NCBI RefSeq assembly: GCF_006345805.1
Contig: NW_021832405.1
Location: forward strand, 1-62,135
Length of the DNA: 62,135 nucleotides
Direction of reading: 5' to 3'
Source: Octopus sinensis
Lineage: Eukaryota
Every line of letters begins with the position of its first letter. Within the stretch, counting starts at the first letter, position 1. Shown here piece by piece: positions 24,834-38,330 of this stretch. A program made the position numbers and the translations under genes. The notes under the pieces were generated by a model. It was not told the DNA's origin. It saw nothing but the letters and a program-made list of their open reading frames with translations, and made no database searches.

Positions 24834-25384
24834 ATATTGTGTATGAATTTTTAATGTATTCTTTTTGTATTACGTTCTAACCTGTTTATTCTATATGTAC
24901 AACGCAATGTTTCTTTAAAAGAAATTTCTATCAAAGGTTTTATACGTGAACGAGACACCCGTGGCAAAATAAAGAAGGGATTGATATTGTTATTGATAAC
25001 ATTGTGTGCATATAAATGAAACTTTTCTTAATGAATATTAATGACACAGCTTCCGAAAATACACACAACTGATCAGAAATGAACTAAAAGGGAGGAAAGA
25101 TAATCCAGTTGATATCATATAACTGTCGAGTAAAGACTTGTAATTCAATTACAGTCTAATTACAACGGCAACATACCAGATTTCGTACTCTCTTACAATA
25201 AATCATAAGCCGGGCCCTCCCTCTCCACATACACACATTCAGATACACACACATACAGACACATACACACAGACAAATAGACACACACATCAAACACACA
25301 TAGTGAGACATACATACATACATAATATTAATATGTATATATATGTATATATATATGTATAGAAAATAGAAAAGAGTGAAAAAA

Positions 25385-26672
25385 CTACAGAAGGCTTGTT
25401 TTATAAGGTTAAAGAATATATTTAAGTCGTTATGTTAGAAAAATGTTATAAAATTTTGCATATAGCGACATAGTTTTTGGAGAAATTACCGGTTTCGTGT
25501 TAACTTTTCAAATTTCTCAAATGTCTTTACCTACATCGTGTCATGTCTTTGTTATGAAGTGCAAAGAAGAGTTCCAGGCAGGGGGAGGTAATAAGCGATT
25601 ATTTCTTTTCCCTTTTTTAATGAGATGAGTTTCTCTGTATAAGAATGTTAGGATGGTTAAGTTTAGGCTTATATTTTTCAATGAAGAATATTTCCTTGTT
25701 TAATCTAATTTGTGTTGGTGTTCCAATAGCACATTGATAGAATGGAAAGATTGAAAATTGTGGTAGTAGTTTTGCGCATTTCTCAATATGCTCACTAAAG
25801 GGTATCATTTTGTATTCTGGGAATGCAATCTGCTGTCGATGCAGAGTGCATCTGCGTCTGAGTGATAATCCCGTGGACCCCACGTAGTTCTGGTGGTAGC
25901 CCGAGCACCTTATGACATAAATTATGTTTTCAGAAGCACAAGTAAAATTAGATCTGATCTTGAATTTTTGTCCCTCTTTGAGAAGGAATTCTGATCCTTC
26001 TAGAAGGTTTGGGCATGTTGCGCAGTTTGGTCTACTACATTTTTTAAACTTTTGCATCCGTAATTTCAGAAAACAATTTTGCCTTTGTGAGAATCTTTTA
26101 AAGTGATTTAGGTTGTTTGTAATTTTTAATGATTTTATGTATGTTTAGAATTTCCTTTAATTTGGGGTCCTTATGAAGTAGTGGTAAATTCTGGGTGATG
26201 ATGGTGAAGGCTTCTTTGTTTCTGGGGTTGTATGTGGATATGTAAGGCAGTATTTTCCTGGAAGGTGTGTTGTTGTGTTGAACTTTTCTCAAAGTTTCTA
26301 TGTCGATTTCTGTTGCACGTCTGATCCCACCCCCTATGAGTTGAACTGGGTAGTGTCTGTCAATTAGGGTGTTTTTGAGTTCTTGTAGTCTAAAGTTCCT
26401 GGTATTTTGTTCTGACACTATTGTGCATATCCTTCTTGCAAGGTTGAAAGGGATGTTTGTTTTAGTGTGTCTTTGGTTGCATAAATCAAAAAGTAGGTAT
26501 TGTTTGGCGTCTGTGGCTTTGTAAAAAATGTCTGTTTCTATTTTAAGGTTAATTTTTTAAATCAGTATATCTAAGAATGGAAGCTCCTTTTGGTTGCACT
26601 CCATTGTGAACTGTATATTTAGGTTGATGCTGTTCAATAGGTTTTTGAATTTTAGAAGTTTATCTGTGTTTT
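25385..26672 (-). mobile_element. Penelope-like element, 3' part (RT C-terminus, GIY-YIG endonuclease, 3' flank)
   Basis: FTMEC..ELPFLDILI..TDIFYKATD..QYL..NIPFNLARRI (RT thumb region), then CSRPNCATC..FTCASENIIYVIRCSG..NYVGSTG..RR..H (GIY-YIG with Cys-rich linker, ORF 25617-26057). Confidence 0.9.
25480..25518 (-). ncRNA. Mutated minimal hammerhead fold in the Penelope 3' flank
   Basis: Minus strand GAGAAAT-TTGAAAA-GTTAACAC-GAAA-CCGG-TA-ATTTCTC. Perfect 7-bp stem I and palindromic stem III, but the core has CUGANGA>UUGAAAA; ~100 bp after the GIY-YIG stop. Confidence 0.5.
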
Positions 26673-26742
26673 CATTCCAGAGTATAAAACAAATACAGAT
26701 ATTCATTCGCTCCTATATCTATAACAGACATGCAGACATATC

Positions 26743-26786
<44 letters not shown>

Positions 26787-26962
26787 ATATATATACACAT
26801 GATGTTTTGTGAATTTATGGAAAGAAATCCCATAAAACTCAATAATTTTGTTAAAAATGGAGAAGAGGTGTTAAAATATAGAAGAGAATTTTAATTCATG
26901 CAGTCGCTCGTTTCGTACAGCGATATAAAAAATCATACAAATTCATGGTTGAATTGAATTAA

Positions 26963-27915
26963 TTAATTAGCTCGTTCCACATATGGATTTCCTGATGCAG
27001 GACAGAACATTACAACAGTCTTGTCCAGGCTGATGCTGAGTCTAAATGTCTTGCATGAAGCAGAAATACGATTCATAAGTATTTGCATGTCATCCACTGT
27101 ATGAGTGACTAAGTCACAGTCATCTGCATAAAGGAGATCATGAATAAGAGACTCGAGAACTTTTGAATTGGCGGTAAAGAGGCGGCCAGAAGATCGATAT
27201 CTGATATATATTCTTAGCAAAAGCATGTGTAAAAACAGCAGCAAAGTACAAAGAAAAGAGAGTTGGGGGCAAGGATGTCACCCTGCTTAACACCATTCTC
27301 TTCAGGAGTGGGTCCCGCCATGCTATCACCAACATTGACCCAAGCATCCATCTCATCATGAAATGATTTAATTATAGAAACAGTTTGCCAAATATTTTCT
27401 ATAGTAAGGTCCTATTCACAGTATCAAAAGGCCTTGGTTAAATCAATGAATACCTGGACAAGATCCATATTCTACTCATAGCACTTCTCCTGTATCTGTC
27501 TTGCTGTGAAAATCATAACCGTTGTCCCTCTACCAGATAGGAAGCCATATTGAGATTCAGAAACATCATTTACGAGACACCCATTCAGGCAGGTAAGAAA
27601 AATATTTGCCAGGATCTTGCCAGCAGCTAAAAGTAGAACAATACCTCTGTAGCTACCACACATTCTCCTGGTTCCTTTTCCTTTATAGAAGGGAAGAATA
27701 ATTGCATCCTTCCAGTCCTTAGGTACTGCACCATCCTTCCAGACTACACCAATAATTTCATGAAGGGACTGTATAATGTAATCACCACCAAATCGGAAGA
27801 TCTGAGCACAAATTTCATCCCTTCCATGTGCCCTGCCAAGATCCAGTGTACTTATTGATGTCATTACCTCATCTATTGGAGGCATGGAATTTAAGGAGCC
27901 AGTGATAGGTCTTTG
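26963..27915 (-). mobile_element. RTE (BovB-like) LINE RT fragment, degraded
   Basis: PKDWKDAIILPFYKGKG..SYRGIVLL..GKIL..ESQYGF..GRGTT.MIFTARQIQEKC; GVKQG..APTLFSLYF; LLYADD. Confidence 0.88.
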
Positions 27916-27985
27916 TTGCATATATGCATGTACAAATACATATATTCACTCGCTCCTATATATATAGAAAAACATGCAAATATAG

Positions 27986-28077
<92 letters not shown>

Positions 28078-28791
28078 ATATATATGTGCATATATATATA
28101 TATATATTATATATATATATATACATACATATGCATACCAACATACACGCACATACATACGTAATACATACATACATACGCACATACATATACTTACATA
28201 CATGCACACGTTCATATGTCTAAATATTCAATGTTACCCATGTACTTGTTTGCTGATTATATTGCATAATTACTCTGTAATTTTATACGAATTAAACACC
28301 TTGAATTGTTATCAATTGTTTGTTTTTTTAGATTTGGACCCATCATGGAAACTGGTATTCTAAGAAATCAAACCATCGGCACGGATACCATTACCTTCAA
28401 ATTACTGCGTTATCAAATGTACTTATAAGGCAACAATGTTAACAACATATTTGCAGTCAACACATATAAATATTTCTTTCTTTCTCTCGCTCACCCTTTC
28501 TCTCTCTCTCTTTCTCTCTCTCTCATTCTATCACTTTTATCGGCAATGATAACTGCGGTGGAGAGAACAGCCTAGCAATTAATCTTACCTGCGCAAAATA
28601 TCTGATGAAAGAAACAATTCTGAAATTAAGATAGGGTTGAAATTAAGTTGACGTTTTGAAATTGAAATTGCGTAAATAACTGAAAAATTTTCAGAAAAGG
28701 AACAAAATGTTTTGTGATATTTACTATGATCCTTTACGTTCTGAATTAACACCCAGTTCGATCAGCTCTTCTATTCAACCCCGCCAGGATA

Positions 28792-29158
28792 TCTCTCTCT
28801 ATATATAAACGGCAAAATGTCTGTGTGTGTGTCCTTTATAGAAATCCACAATTTTTCATTTAGAGGGCTCGCACTTTCTATGGTCATTCAAAACCGTCCA
28901 AGGGTGGTCGTGCACACCTTTACATTTCCCCAGTAACCCCGCAAAGCCATTAAAAAAATCAATAGAAGTGACTTTTTTGTGAAGTTTCTATCCAAAACCC
29001 AATCAAAATGCCTGAAACTTGATACGCCAATTGAATGCCAGCTAGCTGTATGTGATTGGTCGGAGATTTGGACAGTACTTGCGTGCATGTGCGCACGCAC
29101 GCAGCTGTATATGCATGCACTAGCACTATGACCTGGCGTTGCCGGGTCATAGTGCTAG
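28792..29158 (+). mobile_element. Non-autonomous Helitron, second family
   Basis: A|TCTCTCTCTATATATAAA start; ends in palindrome ACTAGCACTATGACC..GGTCATAGTGCTAG|T. Confidence 0.75.
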
Positions 29159-29606
29159 TATATAATAAGTACCAATCAAATGGTATAGTGGATATAACTG
29201 CCAAAAAAATGTATTATAAAGAAATTTCAAGGAATATATATTTTACTTTAGAGTGATATTAACACCATTAAAGTTTGTCGCACAATAACTTGGCGGTTTT
29301 CAAATGTTTTAATATTTGAGTCTTAAAAACGATGAAGAACAATAGAATTTTACGTATTTTAATTTCGATTGAAGTACTTTTCTTATAGGTATTGAAAAAT
29401 ATCGACGCGATGATATTCACTCCATAAATAACTAATAAATGAGATTTAACGTGACAATGCAATAATTCAAAACTTTCTTAAATAACTCTCCATTTATAAT
29501 CCAGATTAATTTAACTATATTCACTTTTTGATATCAAACCATGTGGTATCATAGTTTTTTCTTCATACTCTCTTCATAATTTCTTTGTCAAAAATATTTC
29601 ACCATA

Positions 29607-29771
29607 GGCGCTGGAGTGGCTGTGTGGTAAGTAGCTTGCTTACAAACCACATGGTTCCGGGTTCAGTCCCACTGCGTGGCACTTTGGGCAAGTGTCTTTT
29701 ACTATAGCCTCGGACCGACCCAAACCTTGTGAGTGGATTTGGTTGACGGAAACTGAAAGAAGCCCGTCGTA

Positions 29772-29849
<78 letters not shown>

Positions 29850-30056
29850 TTTGTGTATCTGTGTTTGTTCCTCCAACATCGCTTGACAACCGATGCCGGT
29901 TTGTTTACGCCCCCGTAACTTAGAGGTTCGGCAAAATAGATCAATAGAACAAGCACTATGCTTATAAAGAATAAGTCCTGGGGTCGATTTACTCGACTAA
30001 AGGCGGTGCTCCAGCATGGCCGCAGTCAAATAACTGAAACAAGTAAAAGAGTAAAA
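29607..30056 (+). mobile_element. SINE family A, full length
   Basis: Head, (TA)n(TG)n and AAGAGT tail. Confidence 0.9.
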
Positions 30057-30735
30057 TTTCATTTCCAGAATATTTTTCCGCCCATTTAAAAGTTCCAACT
30101 TTCATTTTCTCATCTGCCGCTCTTTTGTTACCTTCTTTATTTCTTTTTAATCATAGAAAACTTGATCCTATGGTAATGTATCATGAGCAATTGTATTTAT
30201 CATAGCCTCATGTCGACATAAAATAAAAAAAAAACAATAACTTGTGAGCGAAATTGAGTTAAAAGAAATTATGCGGAAGCCAATTGGAAGAATTATAGAT
30301 TTAGTTCAGGGTTCGGCTTTGTCACATTTTGTATCACACTGTATTGACCCGAGAATTACGTTAAGAGTTCCCGTATATGTAGAACACTCAACCACTCACA
30401 CGTTAATTTAATGAATATGAGTTGTGTTGATCGAATAACTGAATGTTCTTCGTTGAGACTGACGTAGGATCCATCATCATCATCATCATTCATAGAAACC
30501 GTTTTCTAAATACTTTGTTGACATTTCCACAAGATGGTAAGTATTTACCTTGTCGTTGTCTCCTCTGTTACAGCTGTCATTTGCCAGAGTAGATATTTGT
30601 CGTTAAAGTGTTCAAAATACATTCAAATATCGTTGCCTAGAGTGGTTTCAGTGTGAAACTCATGTTATCTGGTCTCTGAACCTCTAGCCACCAGGTAGAG
30701 AGGTCTCGATCAAGTGTCAGTCAAAATCATCATCG

Positions 30736-30785
<50 letters not shown>

Positions 30786-31098
30786 GTTGTCATCGTCATC
30801 GTCGTCGTCGTCGTCGTCATCATCATCATACTATCTTACTGCCAGACGGCGAATCTATGAAGGCAGAAACTAGTCAAGGTATTAGATTCGACTATGCTCT
30901 TCTTGAAATATTTTTGACTTTATGTAAGAAATTTCTACTCTCTTGCTCCTCATGCTCCTGCTCCTCCCCTCTTTTTCCTTCTCCTCCCCTGCTCCTCCTC
31001 CTGCTTCTTCTCCTGCTTCTCCTGTCCTCCTGTTGCTCTCCCTTGCTCCTCCCACTCCCCCTCATCATCACCATTATCACTATTATTATTACTATTAC

Positions 31099-33272
31099 TT
31101 TTTTTTTTTTTTCTTCTTTCAAATTTTCTTCCATTTCTTGCCGAGTGTCTTCCCGACTCCTAGGGCAAAGAAACTCATAGTGTATATTGGTAGGCCATTA
31201 AACCAAACTCAGTAGTTCGTTCATTTTTTTTTTTTTTTTAAAGTTAAATTAAAATACATGAGCAGCAACAGTTCTCACATCGACAATGCTCTTCTCAATA
31301 CGTGTGATGTACCAGTTAAGACAATCTTTTGCACTTCTTGCAGGGATGGTAAGCCAGGGATCATTCTCATATAATTTTCGGTTCCCTTCTTGATCATTCC
31401 TAGTGCTCCTACGATCACTGGTATTGTAACCGCCTTGAGATGCCACATTTTCTCAATTTCAATGAGTAGGTCTTTATATTTTCTGAGCTTGTCAAACTCT
31501 TTCGCTGAGATATTATGATCACAGGGGATGCTCATGTCGATCAATAAGCAAACTTTATTGTTTTGGTCTTTCACAACAATATCTGGTTTATTGGCCTTGA
31601 TGGTTCGGTCTGTATGTACTGGAAAGTCCCACAGAATGGTTACATTTTCTCCTTCAGTTACATCCTCAGGGTGGTGATTATACCACTTGTCGGCAGTTTT
31701 GATATTGTAATGCCGACTTATTAGCCAGTGGAGATATTGGCCAACTCTGTCATGTCTTAATTTATACTCCACTGGTGCTAAGACTTTACATCCAGAGATT
31801 AGGTGGTCCACTGTTTCAATCATGTCGTTGCAGAATCGGCATTTTGGGTCTGCTCCATTTTTCATCACATTGGCCTGGTAGTTCCGGGTTAATAGGCTTT
31901 GGTCTTGAGCAGCCAGGATGAAACCTTCGCTCTCTGCTTTTAGCCCTGAGCTCCGCAGCCACTGATGGGTTTGCTTCTGGTCAACATCAGCTTGTTTGCT
32001 GCGGGTCACATATTTGCCGTGCAGAGGTTTCTCCTCCCACCTATCAGCCAATTGCTCGTGCGCTTTTTTCATTGCCATCATTTTCACCTTCTTTGCAACA
32101 ATAGTTGCCGTACTTCCCTCGGGTTGTTCAGTTTGGGTATCCTGCACGAGATCAATAGCAAATTTTTTGCTTTCCTTGATGATAGAATGAAGCTTCTTTC
32201 GTCTCTCGTGATTTTCCACGAGCTTTAGCATCCAGTCATTCGATATTTCGAGATATTTGGCCAGTCCAATTGTGGTTGTTTTGTAAGCTAGTACAAATTG
32301 GATCAGGCCTCGACCTCCTTGGGCTCTGGGAAGGTAAAGGCGATCTACGTCTGCCTTTGGGTGGTGCATCCTATTACAACTCAGCAGCTTGCGTATTTTT
32401 CTATCTATATTCTTTACTTCACTCATATTCCAGTTCAACACATTGTAGCTATAAGTAACAACTGGAACTGCTGAGGAATTTATAGCTAACACCTTGTTAC
32501 GTGCATTTAGTTCAGATTTCAGGACTTCACGAACTCTCCTATAACATTCCTTCCTGATTTTCTCTTTCATGCTTGCATGCTGAATACCAGAGCCTTCATT
32601 TATCCCTAAATATTTGTATGTCTGTTCTTGCTCAAGCTCTCTTATGACTGTGTCAACATCTAACACGACTGAATTTGTGGTCTTCACTTTCCCTTTCTGG
32701 AAAGTGGCCTTGGCACACTTCTCAAGTCCAAACTCCATCCCGATGTCATCGCTGAATGCTTTCACGGTGCGCAATAGGCCTTCAAGTTCATTATTGTCTT
32801 TACCATAAAGTTTTAAGTCACCATATAAAATAGATGGCTCATTTTTTTATTGGCAATTTTATACCCATACCCTGTTCTGTTTAATTCACTTGTAAGGGGT
32901 ATTAGGGCTATGCAGAATATTAAAGGTGAAAGTGAGTCACCTTGAAAAATTCCACAGTTGATGTTTATATTTTCTGAGGCAAGTACTCCATTAGAGTGGT
33001 ATAATTGGAGATTCGTATTCCACAACGACATATTGTGCTTCAGGAAGTTTGAAATCACAGGGGAAATTTTGAAGATGTCCAGCGATCTCAAGATCCATGG
33101 ATGCGGTATACTGTCGAAGGCCTTTTTATAGTCAATCCATGCGGTGCTGAGATTTCTGCGCTTGTTGTGACAGTTCTCAAGGATCATACGATTGATTAGC
33201 AGTAGATCTTTGCATCCATAAGAGCCTCGGCGGCACCCTTTTTGTTCAATGGGGAAAATATCGTTCTTCTCC
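31099..33272 (-). mobile_element. R4/Dong-like non-LTR retrotransposon, 5'-truncated and nearly intact (RT, CCHC finger, restriction-like endonuclease, 3'UTR, poly-A)
   Basis: ORFs 32813-33187 and 31275-32774: WIDYKKAFDS, GIFQGDSLSPL, HLFYM(DD)LKLY, CRFC..ETVDHLISGC, KPDIVV..LLIDMSIP..K..KYKDL. Abuts (TAA)n at both ends. Confidence 0.92.
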
Positions 33273-33293
33273 TATTATTATTATTATTATTAA

Positions 33294-33333
<40 letters not shown>

Positions 33334-33358
33334 GCTATTATTATTATTATTATTATTA

Positions 33359-33401
<43 letters not shown>

Positions 33402-33432
33402 TATTATTATTTATTATTATTATTATTATTAT
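33273..33432. repeat. (TAA)n array separating two Dong-like elements
   Basis: Directly visible. Confidence 0.95.
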
Positions 33433-35101
33433 TTTATGTTTGACTTTTGCTTTGCATTTGTACAAGTTGGCTCCAAGTCTCACCCAGAGATCTCAAGAGC
33501 AACAAGTTAGAAGTTCATGTTGGTGTTATGCCGAGGGTGCCATCGATTTGGTTTGGTACATAGTGCTGTTCTAGAGAATGTTTAAGAAACCATAATAAAA
33601 TTATATCAATGTTCTAAGATTTGAGATTGAATAGAAAGTATTTTGCGTAGGATATGGGCAGTTCCCATGAGCGCTATCTTTTGAATTTCTGCCATTTTGG
33701 AGTTTCCTGGTATCTGAGCTAGGTAGCAATCATCCCCTTTTGCTATCATTCCCAGGGCACCTGACAACAGGTATTGTCTTAGTCTTCAGGTTCCACATTT
33801 TGCTAATTTCTATTTCAAGATCTTTATACTTGCTTAGTTTTTGGTAGGTCTTGACAGATACATTTATATCGATTGAGGAGGCATGACTTTTGCCTGAGGT
33901 CTTTCAGTATAATGTCTGGCCTATTTGCACCTATCTTTTTGTCAGTTTGAATAGCGAAGTACGAGAGGAGTGAGATATGATAATTTCCAAGCACTTGCGG
34001 TGGTTTGTGTTCCCACCACTGTTTATCATGGGGCAGGTCTAGGGTTTTGCAAATTACCCAGTGAATATATTGTGAAGGTCTATCATACCTGTTGAGATAC
34101 TCTGTAGGCACAAGAAGACTGCACATGTAGACAACATGATCAATGGTTTCATTTTGTTGTTGACATGCACGACATGTTTGGCTATTGCCGTTCTTTTATA
34201 TGTTGGCCTGGTAGTTCCTTGTAGGTAGGCATTGATCTTGAGCTGCTATGATAAACCCTTCTGTTTTAAATTTTAAGCCAGAAGCCATTAGCCATTGATG
34301 GGTCAAGGCTTTGTCAACATCTGCATTATTCGCTCTCTTTGGGTATTTGCCATTGAGAAGTTTTTCTTGCCATTTATCAGTCAGAATATCTAAGGCAGCA
34401 GTTTTAGAACGGGTTTTCATGTGCTTAGCTTTATCTGCGCTTGTTTCTAGTATGTCTAATTCCGCAATTTGTTGTATTTGGAATTCACTTAGATATTCCT
34501 TTGCCTGTTTTGTTACTGAGTATGATACTTTCTTGTTTTCCTGTTTTGAAACAAATTTTAACATCCCATCCTCAGAGGTTTTCAGGTAGGTGTCTAGGCC
34601 AATTGTAGCAATCGTCATTGTTGATGCCAGTTGTAAAAGTCCACGGCCTCCCTTTTTTCTTGGCAGATAAAGTCATTCTATATCTGCCTTAGGGTGGTGC
34701 ATTCTGTGCATTGTCAACAGTTTTCGTATTTTTCTGTCAAGATTACATATTTCAGTAATTGATATTGAAACCGTAAGTCACGACTGGTATGGCTAAAACA
34801 TTGATCGCTTCGATCCTGCTTCTTGCATTCAGCTCGGTCTTAAGTATTGCTCTCACCCTACGATAACATTCTCTTCTGATCCTTTCCCTCATCACTGAAT
34901 GCCTGATTCCGTCCCCTTCAATTACCCCTAGGTATTTGTAGCTCTCCGCTGGTTCTAACTATTTTACGACATTCTGCTGGTCAAGGTTAACGATAGATGT
35001 TTCTGTCATTTTTCCTTTGATAAAGGTAGCTGAATTATTCAACAATCGCTAGGAAGTCCTTCAGTTGTTGGTAATTTTTTGCAAAGAGCTTTAAATCATC
35101 C
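33433..35101 (-). mobile_element. Second R4/Dong-like element (different subfamily), 5'-truncated and degraded
   Basis: DDLKLFAK, HPKADIE.LYL, HQWLMASGLK.KTEGFIIAAQDQCLPTRNYQ, NRPDIIL; its own 3'UTR ends in the (TAA)n array. Confidence 0.9.
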
Positions 35102-36435
35102 CTTGTTTTTGGCATTTTACTGTTTAGTAACTGTATCTACAATGTATTTTAGCATAAAACTCTGAAATAATCAAGGAAACATAAGTTCATTTTGGAAGTT
35201 GGTCTTACTCATAATTGGTTGCATATGTAGATATTAAAACTAATGTATATTGTGAAATATACTATAATCTACCATGTGCACGAGTTTCATTAACATTGAG
35301 ATAGCAGAACCCCAAAACATTGGGGTGGCCTAATACTTTTGGCCAAGGCTGTACCAGCTGACAAGATACACACAAATCCTGTGTATCTTTCCATCCTGTT
35401 CTCTCTCTTATCCACCCTCTCTATGTATATGTATATAAATATATGTATATATATATATATTATATATATATATATATATACATATAAATATCTGTATGTG
35501 TGCGTTTGTGTGTGAGCATAAAACATATATATAAAGTATATTAATAAACACTGGTCAAAGAAGTTGTTTACATCTGTCCAATATATGTAATATATTTTAA
35601 TTCCTGACGCAGTATCGGTTAAAAACTGAAATTTTCTCTAAAGAACATAACATCAAACTCACTGCTTACCGCATCAATAATTTTTATAAAGCAGTTCATT
35701 TACCTAAGATAAAGAATATGTTTTCTCCTGTGGAGATACTGTTTTTGTTTTTAACGTATTACATCAATGTATTCACTGATATATTTATCGATTTTAAAGA
35801 CGTTTTGAAATCAATAATTCTTAGTGAAATTTTTAAAAAATAACATAGTTTGTTAGATAGATTATCTAATAAAATTCCCCTTCTATATCTGGTGCGAATG
35901 TAATTTAGATGAATAATGCATAATGAATAATGAATTAACTTTATAACGACCGCTTATATGTCGTTTGGTACGTGACCGAAAGTTGCTATAGACTGAAAAT
36001 TGAAGATCAGGTAGGTATATTGAAATTAACTCTATTTACTGCTTACTTCTATCATATAAAGCTAATGTTTTACTGAGTATTTAACTATGCTTTTCTATGT
36101 CTGCTAAAATATATGCAAAAACACGTGCATTCCTACGCATATGCTTACTTCACATTCAGGTGAGATAATGATCTTGAGCGTCTCTTGTTAGTATATGTTT
36201 CGGTTGCTACGGTTAAAATTGGGCGTACAATATACGGATTTCGTTTAATCTACATTTTGTTCGAAATATTGGTTTCAAATTTTGGTACAAAGCCAGAAAT
36301 CTCAGGAAAGGGGATAAGTCAATTACCTCAGTCTCAGTATTCAACTGGTACTATGTAATCGTAGTAGGAAATATGAAGGCGAAGCCACTTAAATAAGGCT
36401 CAAAAAACATTAAGTCGTAATCTATAGAAAGGTAT

Positions 36436-36696
36436 ACATAAAAATACATGCGCCCTTTTTAAAACCTAGCCAGGCTCATGGGCCCGGTTTCCCGGTTTCT
36501 ATGGCGTATATGTTCGCCAGCTGGACGGGACGCTAGTCCATCGCAGCGTTACTCATTTTTGCCAGCTGAGTGGACTGGAGAAACGTGAAATGAAGTGTTT
36601 TGCTCAAGCACACAACGCGTCGCCCGGTCCAGGAATCGAAACCACAATCTCACGATCATAATGCCGACACCCTAACCACTAAGCTACGCGCCTCCA
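36436..36696 (-). mobile_element. SINE family C (tRNA head, CORE/Meta-like middle, shared 3' tail)
   Basis: Minus-strand head GTGGAGGCGCGTAGCTTAGTGG and GTTTCGATTCC; middle CTTGAGCAAAACACTTCATTTCACGTT; imperfect TSD CTATAGA(A/G)AGGTA. Superfamily label is from recall. Confidence 0.8.
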
Positions 36697-36852
36697 CTAT
36701 AGAGAGGTAGCAAACTAAGACGAAGACAACCACTCGTGGAGGGAAAAGAAAAGTCTGAAATCTTTGTAAAAGATCGTAGATGGGAAACAACACAAGAAAA
36801 TAAGGCGATTGAAAGAATTAGTGCATATGCTGGGCTTTGATAACCTTTTTAG

Positions 36853-38015
36853 TTGGTTTTCGATGCGGACGGTCGGGCAGTGAACAAATCTTCACGTTGC
36901 GCAACATTATTGAACAAAGCCTGGAATATCAGCAGCGGCAGTCAATCATATTCATTGATTTTGTCAAGGCATTCGACAGTGTACACCGGAGTTCGTGACT
37001 TGGGCATCCCGAGCGTTTCGTCGACGCCTTTCGGAACCGATACCGCGAGTCTAGGTGCTGCGTTCGAACGGAGAAGGGCTTCATCGACTACTTTGACATT
37101 GAGACCGGTGTACGGCAAGCGTGCATTCTATTCCCTCTCCTATTTCTTATAGTGACCGACTTCATCATGTGCCAACGCGGATTTCGGGATTCCGTGGTGT
37201 CGGTCGTGGCACCTGACTGACCTCGACTTCGCCGATAAAATCGCGCTCCTCGGAACGACATAGAATGTCATTCGCACAATGACAGACATTGGAACGGGCG
37301 GCGGCCAAGATCGGACTCCGCATGAGTACAAAACTAGACGAAGATCATGAGGATTGGATATGTCGATGGGAACAACACTGGCGTCTCCTTGATGACTGGA
37401 CGAAGTTGATGAGTTCACCTAATTGGGCAGTGTCGTGGTCAACGACGGAGACGCCGAACGCGACGTTGCCTACCGGATTGGGAAGGCCTCGGCTGTCTTT
37501 CAAAGACTCAAACCCATCTGGGCAGGCAGGGCGATCTCCACCAAGTGCGCGTCTTCAACAGCATCGTCATACCATTGGCAATATACGCGGCCGAAACGTG
37601 GAAGACATCGGCAAAGATCGCGTGAAGGCTCAATATATTTCAGCTACGATGTCTCCGGCGGATACTGCGAATATCATACCAGGACCGCATCACCAAACGA
37701 GAAGATACATCACCGAACTGATAGCCGTCTACTCCAAGACGTTATCACTGAGCGCCGCTTGCAATTCGCAGACCATGTCCTCTGATTACCATCGTCGCGG
37801 CATGCGAAAACCGTCATTCCGTGGAAGCCACCGCATGGCAAGAGAAAACAAGGGCGACCAAAAGCGACTTGGCACCGCACCTTCATTGACGACCTCAAAC
37901 CATTGACATTTCATGGGATGAAGCTGAAATCGCCGCGGCCGACCGACCACTTTGCAGAAGCCTTGTTGTCCAATGCATCACACAGCGCAGGAGGATCTAA
38001 GAGACTAAGACTAAG
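36853..38015 (+). mobile_element. RTE-clade LINE, 3' part, frameshifted
   Basis: GFRCGRS..EQIFTLRNIIEQ..FIDFVKAFDSVHR; GVRQ.CIL; DLDFAD; RIGKASAVF..L..IW; YAAETW; ERRLQFADHVL; ends in CTAAGA repeats. Confidence 0.88.
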
Positions 38016-38330
38016 TGTAGAAATGAACACCACATAGGAAACTTTTAGATCATTAAACCCATGACCATGAAAATGATAAGGTTTAAAGCTCGTAATTTTC
38101 ATTACTTTATTGTTCTACTGGACAACAGGAGTTTGGACATAAGTGTTGATCAAAGTATTAGATGTTAAATGGAGTAGTTTAGTTAGTGAGTGCGAGTTCT
38201 CTTCTTCCCTTTGTAAGCATGGTGGGAATGAAAGCATTGTACATAAAATAGGGCGTGCGATATACGGATTTCGTTAATCTACACTTTGTTCGAAATGTTG
38301 ATTTCGAAATTTGGCACAAGGCCAGCAATC

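Noticed and set aside
28602-28625. CTGATGAAAGAAAC core-like string
   Set aside because: No stem II, stem I or valid cleavage triplet.
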